A stretch of DNA of 64,000 nucleotides from assembly GCA_003151615.1 (NCBI GenBank), contig PLXZ01000001.1:134544-198543 (forward strand). Reading direction: 5' to 3'. Below, piece after piece: positions 27,698 to 37,968 of the stretch (positions are counted from its first letter, which is position 1; each line of letters starts with the position of its first letter). Source of the DNA: Candidatus Tayloriibacteriota bacterium (GTDB lineage Bacteria > Patescibacteriota > Minisyncoccia > Phycocordibacterales > PALSA-1337). The notes beneath the pieces are model-generated. The model was given only the letters and a program-made list of their open reading frames with translations. It had not been told where the DNA came from and ran no database searches. Made by a program: the position numbers and the translations under genes.

Positions 27698-28786
27698 ATG
27701 AACAAAAAAACGATTTGGTCTATGACTGCTTTTATCCTTGTAATAACTGTAGTTATTTTGTTTTATTTTTCCAGAAATTCTTCGTCTAATCTAACAGTCA
27801 AACTTGGTGTAATTGCAGGAACGACTGGCCAGTACGCTCCAGCGGGTGAGGGATATATGAAAGGTTTTAATCTTGCTCTTGATCAATGGAATAATTCTCA
27901 CATTCAAAAATTCTCGACGATCGTCGAAGACGACGGTTTCGATGCGGTCAAAGGTCTTGCCGCCTATCAGAAATTAAGTTCGATTGATAATGTAGATGCT
28001 TATGCTATCGTGTCGTCATTTACCATCGACGCTGTGTATGATCTTGTTCACAAAGAAGATAAGCCTGTGGCTTTAGGATTTGAACAAAGTAAGCCAGCTG
28101 AAGATGATAATATTTTCCAAGTTTTACCCGCGGCCGAACCCGTCGAGTCAGCTCTAGGACAAAAAGTAAAACAGTTGGGATATAGCAAACCAATCGCTGC
28201 GGTAAGTAACAACACTTCGGTGTATCAAAATTTCTATACTGGGTTCAGTGCCGGTTTTGGTGTGAGTGTTCAGAAATTCGAAATCAACAGTGACATAGGC
28301 AGTATTAGATCACAGGCTCTTGCTATTGTTGCCGCTAAGCCTGATGTCGTAGTATTTTTTACAGCACCGCAAGATGGAGCGCAACTCGTGAAGGAGATTC
28401 TCCGTATTACGACGTCGACAAATCGGCCATACTTTGTCTTTGATCAAGATGTTCAATCTGGTTCTACTGATTATCAGACGATCCTCGGTTCTGATATCAA
28501 CAAGATTGATGGTAGTCTTGTGGCTATGTCGAAGAATGATTTTACTTCTGATTTTACTCAGGCATATACGGCAAAATACAACGAGACCCCTCCATTTGGC
28601 TCTGATATGGGATATAACTCTTTCCTATTGCTGGCAACTACTTATGATAAAAATTCGCAGACATGGATCGATAATATGAAGAAAGTAAGTTTCACAGGAG
28701 CAGATGGTAATGTGTCATTTGATTCGGTAGGGTTGAGGGTCCCAAACGTCTATTTTGGAAAATTACAAGGTGGAAAAGTAATTTAA
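27698..28786 (+). CDS. Second Liv-type substrate-binding-protein paralogue
   Basis: N-terminal TM anchor, then VKLGVIAGTTGQYAPAGEGYMKGFNLAL. Periplasmic-binding fold by analogy with 24760..25875. Confidence 0.55.
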   Translation: MNKKTIWSMTAFILVITVVILFYFSRNSSSNLTVKLGVIAGTTGQYAPAGEGYMKGFNLALDQWNNSHIQKFSTIVEDDGFDAVKGLAAYQKLSSIDNVDAYAIVSSFTIDAVYDLVHKEDKPVALGFEQSKPAEDDNIFQVLPAAEPVESALGQKVKQLGYSKPIAAVSNNTSVYQNFYTGFSAGFGVSVQKFEINSDIGSIRSQALAIVAAKPDVVVFFTAPQDGAQLVKEILRITTSTNRPYFVFDQDVQSGSTDYQTILGSDINKIDGSLVAMSKNDFTSDFTQAYTAKYNETPPFGSDMGYNSFLLLATTYDKNSQTWIDNMKKVSFTGADGNVSFDSVGLRVPNVYFGKLQGGKVI

Positions 28787-28794
28787 TTCTTACC

Positions 28795-29583
28795 TTAGCT
28801 TTTAGATTTCTCCCACAAACTTTCCCAAAGCAATTTCATCATTGCGGCGAATTCTTTGCTGTGAACGGTGAAGGCAATTTTTTCCGATCCGCCGGACGCG
28901 AAGAGACATTTGTTCCCATAGAGCCAGAAACTCATTTTTGAATCAGTACCTTTCGGTAGGTATCTGACCGAGACTAGATTTTTCTTGTTATTTTTAAGCC
29001 ATTCATGTTTCGTACCATGCTGAATGGATCGGTCTGTGTGATTTTCGATAACGTAAATGAAAACACCATATTGAAAGCGTTGCCCCCCATGCCATTTAAA
29101 GAATTCCTCGTCCATGTCGATCATATTTTTTGTCGGCCAAACCATATAAGCTTCTTTCAAATCTTTTTGCCATGGCATGTCGCGAAAAGCTTGCTTGATG
29201 CCAAGTATGCCGGAATAGAATTTAATCTTCGGCCTAGACACTATATCTTTTGGATGATTTTTGCCTATGAAATCCAGCAGGGATATTTGGGCATTTTTCA
29301 TATTCTGTAGTTTTTCCTCATTTGCTCGGGTTAATTGTTCCGGATCAGATATACCAAACGATTTGCCATGATCGTCGCTGTATTCGTTAATGAGACTTTG
29401 GTCAAGAAGGGGGGTTATGGCGTCGTAGACGGAGGATTTTGGCATATTGAGCCGAGCAGCTATATCGGCCACCGTAGAAATGCCATGGCCTATGATGTCC
29501 ATCAATACTCGTTTTGACTTGGCTGGCATGCCAAAAATATCAAGGAAATCATTGGTATTCGCTTTTCGCCGAATCATGGACAA
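28795..29583 (-). CDS. TrmB-family HTH transcriptional regulator (paralogue)
   Basis: HTH VADIAARLNMPKSSVYDAITPL plus a C-terminal domain alignable with 22676..23476 (KIKFYSGILGIKQAFRDM vs KVLYFENQDGILAIYRDM). Confidence 0.55.
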   Translation of the reverse strand: MSMIRRKANTNDFLDIFGMPAKSKRVLMDIIGHGISTVADIAARLNMPKSSVYDAITPLLDQSLINEYSDDHGKSFGISDPEQLTRANEEKLQNMKNAQISLLDFIGKNHPKDIVSRPKIKFYSGILGIKQAFRDMPWQKDLKEAYMVWPTKNMIDMDEEFFKWHGGQRFQYGVFIYVIENHTDRSIQHGTKHEWLKNNKKNLVSVRYLPKGTDSKMSFWLYGNKCLFASGGSEKIAFTVHSKEFAAMMKLLWESLWEKSKS

Positions 29584-29612
29584 ATAATATCATGGGTGTA
29601 ATATATGTCAAT

Positions 29613-30731
29613 ATGAATAAAAAAATCACATGGTCAGTAATTGGAATTATTGCGGTTATCATTGCAATTGTCTCTGGAGTCCGACATTCCAAGGCTCCAC
29701 AAGCAAATGCCAACCCTATAAAGATAGGTGCTGTTTTGTCGCTCACAGGCTCTGCCGCACCGTGGGGTGAGTATGCGAAAAATGGTATTGATTTAGCAGT
29801 AAAAGAGATCAATGCTAATGGTGGCATTAATGGCCGCCCGGTTCAGGTAGTAATCGAAGATGATAATACAGACGGAAAACAATCCGTGTCGGCATGGAAT
29901 AAACTTGCTACAGTTGACGGTGTTCAAGGGATTATTGGCGGTGTATTTGATTTTACGGCGCAACCTCTCATCCCCTTGGCCTTAAGCAATAATATTCCAT
30001 TCATATCTCCATCAAATTTTCGCATTGCGGGAGGCTTTGATTTGAATGATCAGAGCTTTGTCATGCTGACTGATATGAATAAAACCGTGCAAAAACTTCA
30101 ACCCTATCTTGCGTCTAGTTCCATTAAAAAATTGGCAGTTGTCCATTATCAGTCGACTTTCGGCAATGAGATAGCTCAGACACTTGATGGCGTCATGAAG
30201 AATCTCGGCAGAGGAGGCATTGTGGACAATCCATATCCGCAAATCGGCGATAATGATTGGAAAACGACAATTATAAAATTAAAAAGCGAAGACGTAGATG
30301 CAGTTTTCTTGGATATGGTCGGAAATGATCCTCTTGTTTTCTTGCAACAGGCCAAGGAGCTCGATTTTTCTCCGACTGTTATTACTTACAATGGAATACA
30401 GGATGCCTTTGCGGATCAGAGTGACAAAAGCTTGCTCAACGGTGTTGTCGTATTAAACTGGGAAGTGACGTCGCCACAATTTTCGGATATGTACCAGCAG
30501 GCATATGGCGTGGCCCCGACAAAATCAGCAGATAAATATTTCGAGGCTGTGTATGTCATGGCTAATGCATTGGCTAACGTATCCGATCCTTCTCAAGCCC
30601 CCGCTTACATAGCCAGAAATTCATTCAATACGCCGAATGGAACAGTAACTTTTGCCTCAGATCATTCTGTGAGTGATGTTCCTGTACAAATTCAAATTAT
30701 TGAAGATGAGGTGGCGACACCTTGGCGGTAG
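29613..30731 (+). CDS. Third Liv-type ABC substrate-binding protein
   Basis: Start taken at MNKKITWSV (29613). TM anchor, then IKIGAVLSLTGSAAPWGEYAKNGIDLAVKEINANGGING, a LivJ/K-like signature. Confidence 0.7.
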   Translation: MNKKITWSVIGIIAVIIAIVSGVRHSKAPQANANPIKIGAVLSLTGSAAPWGEYAKNGIDLAVKEINANGGINGRPVQVVIEDDNTDGKQSVSAWNKLATVDGVQGIIGGVFDFTAQPLIPLALSNNIPFISPSNFRIAGGFDLNDQSFVMLTDMNKTVQKLQPYLASSSIKKLAVVHYQSTFGNEIAQTLDGVMKNLGRGGIVDNPYPQIGDNDWKTTIIKLKSEDVDAVFLDMVGNDPLVFLQQAKELDFSPTVITYNGIQDAFADQSDKSLLNGVVVLNWEVTSPQFSDMYQQAYGVAPTKSADKYFEAVYVMANALANVSDPSQAPAYIARNSFNTPNGTVTFASDHSVSDVPVQIQIIEDEVATPWR

Positions 30732-30751
30732 ACTGATAATAGGGCATAATT

Positions 30752-31509
30752 TGAGCGTGTCTAATCTAGCAATCAAAAATTTAGAGAAACATTTTGATGG
30801 CGTTAAGGCTGTCAATAAATTGTCGATTGCTTTTGAGGCCGGAAAAATAACCGGAATTATCGGTCCTAACGGTTCGGGTAAATCGACTTTAATAAATACG
30901 CTTACAGGACTTATCCCGGCTGATTCGGGTGAAATTATAATTGCGGGGTCACAAATACTTAAGAAAATTCGTGCATATGATATACCGACGTATGGAATGA
31001 CGAGGACTTTTCAGGACGTAAGATTATTCGAACAGATGCCTGTAATTGATAATATACTCGTCGTCCTAACGGAACGAAGCATTTGGAAGTCCTTGTTTGA
31101 AAGACACAGTAAAATTCACATGGAAAAAGCCGAGGATGTTTTAAAAAAAGTTGGTCTCTTGGACAAGAGAAATGATTTGGCTAAAAATCTTTCATACGGT
31201 CAGCGCAAGCTTCTCGAAATCGCCCGAATACTAGCCATGATTCATTGTGGTGCTGGCGATATCAACGTCATTTTTTTCGACGAACCGTTTGCGGGATTAT
31301 TTCCACAAATGATAAAAATAGTCACGAGCGTGATGAAAGAACTTCGAGATGAGGGCAAATCCGTGATTCTTGTCGAGCATAATATGGATCTTATCCGGGA
31401 ATTATCTGACCACGTCTATGTTCTTGATTCGGGTGAGCTTCTGGCGCAAGGAAGTCCGTCGGAAGTATTGACGCGTAAGGATGTTATCGAAGCGTATCTC
31501 GGCGAATAA
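30752..31509 (+). CDS. livG: Branched-chain amino acid ABC transporter ATP-binding protein (LivG-like)
   Basis: Walker A GPNGSGKST, signature LSYGQRKLLEIAR, Walker B IFFDEP. The start is uncertain: TTG 30752 or GTG 30758 avoids overlap with the upstream gene; the listed ATG at 30673 overlaps by 59 nt. Confidence 0.8.
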
Positions 31510-31513
31510 TTAC

Positions 31514-32236
31514 ATGAACGACGAAATCTTATTACAACTGAAAAATGTCCACGTTCATTTTGGCGGAGTAAAAGCGCTTGATGGCGCTTCCGTTTCAATA
31601 CATGAAGGAGAAATAGTGGCTCTCATGGGACCAAACGGAGCCGGGAAATCCACTATACTTAAAGCTATTTTTGGATTGGCTCCGATTGATTCCGGCGAGG
31701 TACTCTGGCAAGGGCATCCATTTATGCCGGTTTCTTATGAAGTAGTAGAACGTGGTGTTTCGTTTGTGCCCCAAGGTCGCAGGGTATTCCACCATCTGAC
31801 GGTTCTTGAGAATCTGGAGATCGGGGGATTCAATGTTAAAAATAAGGTTAATCGTAAAGAGCGCATTATCGATATGCTCGAACTGTTTCCGGCTCTTAAA
31901 GGAAAGCTTCATGCCAAATCAGGTACACTCTCCGGTGGTCAACAACAAATGTTGGCTATTGCCCGCGGGCTCATGACTGATCCAAAGGTTCTCTTGCTGG
32001 ATGAACCGTCTTTAGGTCTGGCTCCAAAAATTGTCAAAGAAGTATTTGAGAAGATCAAGGAAATAAATGATCGCAAGAAAACCGCGATTCTTGTCGTTGA
32101 GCATAATTTAAAATCACTTCTGGAAATTACCAAACGCGCATACGTGCTTGATAAAGGCAAAATTTATGCAGAAGGAATTCCTAAAGAATTAATCGATAAA
32201 AAAATCTTGGAGAAGGTTTTTTTGGGAAATTCTTAA
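31514..32236 (+). CDS. livF: Branched-chain amino acid ABC transporter ATP-binding protein (LivF-like)
   Basis: Walker A GPNGAGKST, signature LSGGQQQMLAIAR, Walker B LLLDEP. Confidence 0.85.
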   Translation: MNDEILLQLKNVHVHFGGVKALDGASVSIHEGEIVALMGPNGAGKSTILKAIFGLAPIDSGEVLWQGHPFMPVSYEVVERGVSFVPQGRRVFHHLTVLENLEIGGFNVKNKVNRKERIIDMLELFPALKGKLHAKSGTLSGGQQQMLAIARGLMTDPKVLLLDEPSLGLAPKIVKEVFEKIKEINDRKKTAILVVEHNLKSLLEITKRAYVLDKGKIYAEGIPKELIDKKILEKVFLGNS

Positions 32237-32260
32237 GATAATCAACTCAATAGCAATATT

Positions 32261-33790
32261 TTACCGCGCAAACTCGATCGCACGTGTCTCACGGATGATG
32301 GTTACCTTGATTTCGCCCGGATATTTGAGGTCTTTTTCGATTTTGAGGGCTATGTCGCGGGCCATGTTGCGAGCTTCGAGGTCAGTGACGTTTTCAGGGG
32401 TGACGAATATGCGGATTTCGCGGCCAGCCTGAAGGGCGTAAGATTTTTCAACACCTTTGAAGCCGTTAGCGATGGCTTCGAGGTCGCCGAGGCGTTTGAG
32501 GTAGTTTTCAATGCTGTCGCTGCGGGCTCCGGGACGCGCGCCCGAAATGGCGTCGGCAGTCTGAACAATGCGTGATTCAACCGTTTCATACGGGTATTCC
32601 TCGTGATGGGCCTGCATGGCCTTCACGATATCCTCGCTTGCGCCGAATTTCTGGAGGATTCTGCGGCCGATTTCGACGTGGGTTCCGGCGACTTCATGGT
32701 CGAGAGCCTTGCCGAGATCATGGAGAAGGGCACCTGCCTTTGCCACTGCAACGTTGGCACCGAGCTCTTCAGCTATCATTCCGGCAATGTGCGCCATTTC
32801 TATTGAGTGCTGGAGGACGTTCTGGCCGTAGCTGGTACGGAAATGGAGTCGGCCGAGAATGAGGAGAATTCGCGGATCAAGGCCAATGACGCCGCATTCA
32901 TACGCGGCCTGTTCGCCCTTTTCCTTGATGGTTTTATTGATGTCGGCCTGTGCCTGTTCGACGATTTTCTCGATTTTTGCAGGCTGGATACGGCCGTCGC
33001 GGATCAGTTCCTCGAGGGCGGCTTTTGCGACATGGCGACGCACCGGATCGAATGAAGAAATGGTAATTGCACCTGGTGTGTCGTCGACAATAACTTCAAC
33101 GCCGGTCATTCGCTCGAAAGCTTTGATATTGCGGCCTTCCTTGCCGATAATTTTTCCTTTAATTTCGTCGTTTGGAATGGTGACGTTTGTCGACATGACG
33201 TCAGCGGCCACGGAACTGGCGAGGCGCTGGATCGACATTGCAAGAATGTCCTTCGCCTTGTTTTCCAAAATTTCCTGACCCTGCGAATCCATTTTCTGCA
33301 TGCGGACGATGAGGTCGGCTTCGGCATTCCGTTCGATTGTCTTCATCAATTCGGTTTTTGCTTCCCCGTCGGTCATTTGGGCGACCCTTTGAAGGGACTC
33401 TTTCTTTTCCTGTTCCAGTTTTTCCGCGCGTTCGCGGATGACGCGGATTTCGGCAACGCGGCTCTTGATGATTTCAACCTCCTTGTCGATGTCGGTTTGG
33501 CGTTTATCGAGAAGATCTTCCTTTTTAATGAGGCGGGTTTCGGTTTGCTGAGCTTTTTCTTCCTTTTCGCGAATTTCCTGGCGCGACTGGTCGAGAAGGG
33601 TATCGGCCTTCGTCTGCGCTTCGTCCGTGATTTTTTTTGCCCCTTCTTTTGCCGTGATGAGCATTTCCTTTATCTCCAATTCCATCGAGCCTTTTTTGCC
33701 GAGCGAAATGATCAGGCGCAGGAAATAGCCAACGAGTATTCCGAGAACGCCCGCGGCTCCCAATAAAACAATGATTAATTTTAGTGACAT
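32261..33790 (-). CDS. rny: Ribonuclease Y
   Basis: N-terminal TM helix, a long coiled coil, a KH domain (IGKEGRNIKAFERMTGVEVIVDD) and an HD domain (HSIEMAHIAGMIA...LLHDLGKA). Confidence 0.9.
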   Translation of the reverse strand: MSLKLIIVLLGAAGVLGILVGYFLRLIISLGKKGSMELEIKEMLITAKEGAKKITDEAQTKADTLLDQSRQEIREKEEKAQQTETRLIKKEDLLDKRQTDIDKEVEIIKSRVAEIRVIRERAEKLEQEKKESLQRVAQMTDGEAKTELMKTIERNAEADLIVRMQKMDSQGQEILENKAKDILAMSIQRLASSVAADVMSTNVTIPNDEIKGKIIGKEGRNIKAFERMTGVEVIVDDTPGAITISSFDPVRRHVAKAALEELIRDGRIQPAKIEKIVEQAQADINKTIKEKGEQAAYECGVIGLDPRILLILGRLHFRTSYGQNVLQHSIEMAHIAGMIAEELGANVAVAKAGALLHDLGKALDHEVAGTHVEIGRRILQKFGASEDIVKAMQAHHEEYPYETVESRIVQTADAISGARPGARSDSIENYLKRLGDLEAIANGFKGVEKSYALQAGREIRIFVTPENVTDLEARNMARDIALKIEKDLKYPGEIKVTIIRETRAIEFAR

Positions 33791-34041
33791 ATGCGAATAG
33801 CTTCGCCTTTCGAGAAGTGGACCGGAGTTAATGCATAGGTAAGTGTTTGGGCGTGTTCGTGCGCGGAGTTCGGAATGGTAGGGGATAGTGCGGAATTGTA
33901 TGCAGGATGGAACACGGAATCTGCGGAAGTGTCGGTATTTGGAAGTACGTATTCATTAAGGGAGTCGTTCTGAAAAAACTAAGCCGAAATTAAATCTAAT
34001 AACAGATTTAATATATATCACATTTTTAAAATTGTCCAGTT

Positions 34042-34611
34042 TTAAAGCACCTTGTCGATAATTCCGTATTTTTTGGCGTCTTCGGCGGACATGAAGAAGT
34101 CGCGGTCGACGTCCTTTTCGATTTTTGCGACTGGTTGGCCGGTATTTTTTGCCAAAATTTTATTGAGGTTTTCGCGGGTTTTGAGGATGTGGCGTGCGCT
34201 GATTTCAATGTCGGAGGCCTGGCCTTCCGCGCCGCCGAGCGGCTGGTGAATCATGACTTCTGAATTTGAGAGGGCGTAACGCTTGCCTTTTGTTCCGGCT
34301 GACAAAACGAGAGCCGCACCGGACGCGGCGATGCCGACGCATGTCGTCGCGACATTATTTTTAATGTGATTCATCGTATCGACGATGGCGAGGGTCGCCG
34401 TGACCGAACCTCCCGGAGAATTTATATAAAGATTGATGTCCTTTTTCGGATCTTCAGATTGCAGGAAAAGAAGCTGGGCGATGATTATGTTCGCCGTGTG
34501 GTCGTCTATCGGGCCGCCGAGGAAAATAATATTGTCCTTGAGCAGGCGCGAGTAAATGTCGTAGGCCCGTTCGCCGTAATTTGTCTTTTCGATGACTGTT
34601 GGAATTAACAT
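34042..34611 (-). CDS. clpP: ATP-dependent Clp protease proteolytic subunit
   Basis: Start at [27 protein letters not shown]...[10 protein letters not shown] with catalytic Ser in [10 protein letters not shown]. Confidence 0.9.
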   Translation of the reverse strand: MLIPTVIEKTNYGERAYDIYSRLLKDNIIFLGGPIDDHTANIIIAQLLFLQSEDPKKDINLYINSPGGSVTATLAIVDTMNHIKNNVATTCVGIAASGAALVLSAGTKGKRYALSNSEVMIHQPLGGAEGQASDIEISARHILKTRENLNKILAKNTGQPVAKIEKDVDRDFFMSAEDAKKYGIIDKVL

Positions 34612-34724
34612 AGTTTTATTTGTTATTTTGCTGATAGTTTCCGTTGTTTCTGATTTTCGCATTATTACACATTTTTTTTGAAAAAGAAAGTTGTGCGATT
34701 TTTATGCGGGTATATACTTGTTTC

Positions 34725-35471
34725 ATGAGGTTGCATCGGTTTTTCTCCAACGATCCAATTGTACCAACGATAGAGAGCGGAAATCAAAACGACACGAGCG
34801 ATCTTATCACCCAAAAATCTTCCACTGCCCAATGGAAGAAGGTTTTTCGGTTTGGACCCGGTGACCGCGTAATTCTTTTCGACGGCTCCGGAAGGGATTT
34901 TACCTGTGAAATCCTCGAATATAAGGGTGGGAACGGAAATGATGATGGCGAAACAGTGCTCAAAATGGTCGAAACCCGTCCAAATAACGTGAAACCCGTG
35001 CGAAATGTTTCACTGTACGCGGCAGTTGTTAAAAAGGACACATTCGAATGGATTGTCGAAAAAGCCACCGAGCTTGGCGTGTCCGATATTGTCCCTGTAA
35101 TTGCAGAGAGAAGCGAAAAGAAAAATCTGAATGTTGAGCGTCTTGAAAAAATTGCGATAGAGGCGTCGGAGCAATCGGGAAGGGGAACAGTTCCAAAAAT
35201 TCATCCTGTCATTAGTTTTAGCGATGCCATTGCGGAAATCATCAAAAGAAAACAGCCAGCGATCGTTTTTGATCCGTCCGGCATGAAGTTTTCCGAAAAA
35301 GATTTTGCCGCCTTAAACAGTACCGTCGTTTTCATTGGCCCCGAAGGAGGATGGTCGCCGGATGAGTTGAATGCTTTTAAAAAAGCGGACATTCCGATAC
35401 TTTCCTTCGGTCCGCAAATACTGCGCGCAGAAACAGCGGTTATTGCGGCATTAAGCCGACTGGTTTTCTAG
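34725..35471 (+). CDS. rsmE: 16S rRNA (uracil1498-N3)-methyltransferase RsmE
   Basis: Start at MRLHRFF (34725). PUA-like N-terminus and a C-terminal SPOUT-like region (FIGPEGGWSPDEL), typical of RsmE. Confidence 0.75.
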   Translation: MRLHRFFSNDPIVPTIESGNQNDTSDLITQKSSTAQWKKVFRFGPGDRVILFDGSGRDFTCEILEYKGGNGNDDGETVLKMVETRPNNVKPVRNVSLYAAVVKKDTFEWIVEKATELGVSDIVPVIAERSEKKNLNVERLEKIAIEASEQSGRGTVPKIHPVISFSDAIAEIIKRKQPAIVFDPSGMKFSEKDFAALNSTVVFIGPEGGWSPDELNAFKKADIPILSFGPQILRAETAVIAALSRLVF

Positions 35472-36488
35472 AAACTGAAATACTTTTTCATTTGTGAGCA
35501 CTCCCGTGGCGTATGCATATGCCCGTTCATGGTCGGCGTCCTTGTAATGTTCCATGATGTGCTTTACTTCCTTTTCGATTTCCTTTGTCTCAGCGCTGAT
35601 TTTTTCAGACTCGGCGATTTTGTTGAGGACGAGCTGCAATTTTACTTTTTTCTCGGCGTACGGACCCCATTCTTTGCGTAGGTCGTCGATGTTTTTCTTC
35701 GACTGCTTCAGATATTCGTCGAGAGAATATCCCATACGTGCGATGTCATCGTTGAACTGCATTTCGGTGCGGCGAATTTCGCTTTCAATGAGAGCCGCAG
35801 GTAGTTCGATTTTTGATTCGGTTGAAATTGCGTCAGCCATGGCGATGCGGCGCTTTTCGCGGGCTTCGCGTTTTTTATCATCGGCGAGAGCCTCGGAAAT
35901 ATGTTTTTTGAACTCGGGCGTTTCGAGTTTTTTAATTTCCTCGCTATGATCATGTTTGGGGTCATGTATCTCGCCTTCAGCATGATTGTGACCCTCGTGA
36001 TTTTCGTAGGACTTTCGAATGCGGTCCAATGCGTCTGTGATTTCCTTTTCGGTGACGCCGAGATTTTTATCGTCGACTGCAGGCGTTCCTTTTGCAATCT
36101 TTTTGTAATCCGCGAGGGTTATTTCCGGCATGACTGAAACCTTTATCTTGAATTCCAGCGCATTGCCCGCCGCCATTTTCGTAATGGAAATTTCAGGCCG
36201 GCCGATCGGATCGATTTTATTGTCCATGACGATGGAGGGATAGGCTTCGGAGAGGGCGAGCTCGGCCATCTCTTCGAGAATTGTTTTTTCGCCGACTTTC
36301 GCCACGATGATTTTTTCGGGAACGCTGCCTTTGCGGAAACCGTCGACGACTATGGTTTCGTTTATATTTTTGAGTGCTGCCGGTCGAAACGAATCAAACG
36401 CTTCGGCTGAAATGGAGCCAGTTATTTCAATTTGAGATCCGGGTATTTTCTTTATTTCGGCGGTTGCCGTTATTTTTTGTTTTTTCAT
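35451..36488 (-). CDS. tig: Trigger factor (short form)
   Basis: The N-terminal ribosome-binding domain motif GFRKGSVP and an acidic C-terminal chaperone arm are present. At 345 aa it is about 85 aa shorter than typical trigger factor, so the PPIase domain may be missing. Confidence 0.6.
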   Translation of the reverse strand: MKKQKITATAEIKKIPGSQIEITGSISAEAFDSFRPAALKNINETIVVDGFRKGSVPEKIIVAKVGEKTILEEMAELALSEAYPSIVMDNKIDPIGRPEISITKMAAGNALEFKIKVSVMPEITLADYKKIAKGTPAVDDKNLGVTEKEITDALDRIRKSYENHEGHNHAEGEIHDPKHDHSEEIKKLETPEFKKHISEALADDKKREAREKRRIAMADAISTESKIELPAALIESEIRRTEMQFNDDIARMGYSLDEYLKQSKKNIDDLRKEWGPYAEKKVKLQLVLNKIAESEKISAETKEIEKEVKHIMEHYKDADHERAYAYATGVLTNEKVFQFLENQSA

Positions 36489-36526
36489 ATTATTTTAAGT
36501 AATGGTATCTATTTCTCTTGATATGT

Positions 36527-36772
36527 CTAGAATCCGGGATTTTGCGGTGCCGGATTCGCCTGAAGGTCCTTTTGAATGTCAGTGGGCTCAGTGCTCGTAC
36601 TATATATGATGATTGTGGTAGTTGCCAGGTTGGTATTTTCCTGCTGAATCTGGGCCGCGGTATTGAGATGTTCCCCCCATATGTAAAGCGCAGTGACGAT
36701 GAGAAGCACGACAATTATGAGGGTTCCAACGATGGGTCCGATACCTTGATTTTGAGGAGTAGTTTCGTTCAT
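36527..36772 (-). CDS. Hypothetical small membrane protein
   Basis: 81 aa with one TM helix (IGPIVGTLIIVVLLIVTALYIW). Confidence 0.3.
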   Translation of the reverse strand: MNETTPQNQGIGPIVGTLIIVVLLIVTALYIWGEHLNTAAQIQQENTNLATTTIIIYSTSTEPTDIQKDLQANPAPQNPGF

Positions 36773-36840
36773 TGCCCCTAGTATACAACTTTCAAAGCTA
36801 TTTTATAGCAATTTTACCGCTCAATCATCGCCGCAACGAT

Positions 36841-37371
36841 TTAGAGAATATTTGTCAATACATCCAAGGCCGACTGAAGGTCATTGTGAGCCAAATTTAC
36901 CGCGCCAATCGCATCGTCCGCCAATTTTCGCGCTTTAGCAAGGACGGTCTGGCTTTGATAAGCCGAAGATGCCGCGATCGTCGATGACGCAAATAATGCG
37001 ATATTATTTTGGGCGATTATGATGTCGGCGCTCGAAGAAGCAAGCCAGAGATTAACGCTTGAAGTGTCCGTTCCCGAAGCTGCCGTTTCCGCCGTTTTTG
37101 TTGCTATGCGAGTCTGTATATTTTCGAGATTCAAGAGAGCCAAGTTGAGCTGGTCGACGAGGGTTTTTTCCTTGTTTTGAATATCGGAAGAGTGGTCAGT
37201 TACGAGTTGATTGCGCAGAGCGCTGTTTTGGGCGCCATTTTCCTTGCCCGCGTCAACGGCGTTTTTAAATGTCGAACCGATGGAGCCCGAAAGCGTCTGG
37301 GCATGAGCCATGCCAACATTCAATACAAGTGCCGTCGTCAAAATAATTCCTGTTTTCTTGATGAAGTTCAT
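36841..37371 (-). CDS. Hypothetical secreted protein
   Basis: 176 aa with a signal peptide ending AHAQ. Otherwise A/S/T/L-rich and helical. Confidence 0.35.
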   Translation of the reverse strand: MNFIKKTGIILTTALVLNVGMAHAQTLSGSIGSTFKNAVDAGKENGAQNSALRNQLVTDHSSDIQNKEKTLVDQLNLALLNLENIQTRIATKTAETAASGTDTSSVNLWLASSSADIIIAQNNIALFASSTIAASSAYQSQTVLAKARKLADDAIGAVNLAHNDLQSALDVLTNIL

Positions 37372-37391
37372 GTGATTTATTCTAGCACAGC

Positions 37392-37952
37392 TTATTTTTT
37401 GACTTTTGCGTCTTTTTTCCCGTCGGCATACATTTTTACGCCAATATCGAAAGCTTTTTGCGCGTCGGACATGCCTTTGAAACCCGTTACTTTGACTATT
37501 TTATTCTGAAGATTTTTGTAGGTTGAATAGAAATGCTCGATTTCGCGGAGCGTGTGCGAATTGATGTCTTTGATGTCTTTTACGTTCGTCCAGCGAGGAT
37601 CGTCAACCGGGACGGCGATTATTTTGTCGTCAATGTCGCCGCTGTCATTCATGCCCATGATTGCAACTGGGCGGACGCGTACTAGAATTCCGGCCAAAAG
37701 AGGGTACGTAGTCAAAACGATGACGTCGAGAGGGTCGCCGTCATGCCACAATGTCTGCGGGACAAATCCATAGTCAAAAGGCACATCCTGACTGGTGTGA
37801 TTGACGCGATCCAGGGCTATAAGGCCCGTTTCTTTGTCGATTTCGTATTTATTTTTTGAACCTTTTGGAATTTCGATGATTACATTTATGGAATCAGCTG
37901 TTCCGGGTTCAATGTCATGAAGCATGTTCATATTTTTGGGGCCAACGGCCAT
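37392..37952 (-). CDS. ppa: Inorganic pyrophosphatase (family I)
   Basis: VIIEIPKGSKNKYEID...DPLDVIVL and DDKIIAV motifs of soluble PPase. Confidence 0.9.
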   Translation of the reverse strand: MAVGPKNMNMLHDIEPGTADSINVIIEIPKGSKNKYEIDKETGLIALDRVNHTSQDVPFDYGFVPQTLWHDGDPLDVIVLTTYPLLAGILVRVRPVAIMGMNDSGDIDDKIIAVPVDDPRWTNVKDIKDINSHTLREIEHFYSTYKNLQNKIVKVTGFKGMSDAQKAFDIGVKMYADGKKDAKVKK

Positions 37953-37968
37953 TTTATTTTACTAATTT

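Noticed and set aside
30389-30416. Not relevant here; see 60389-60416: TTGCAA-19-TATAAA immediately before the rpsL ATG
   Set aside because: The -10 element abuts the start codon, so a transcript from it would begin inside the gene. It is more likely an AT-rich RBS spacer. The real promoter is probably further upstream, near 60280.
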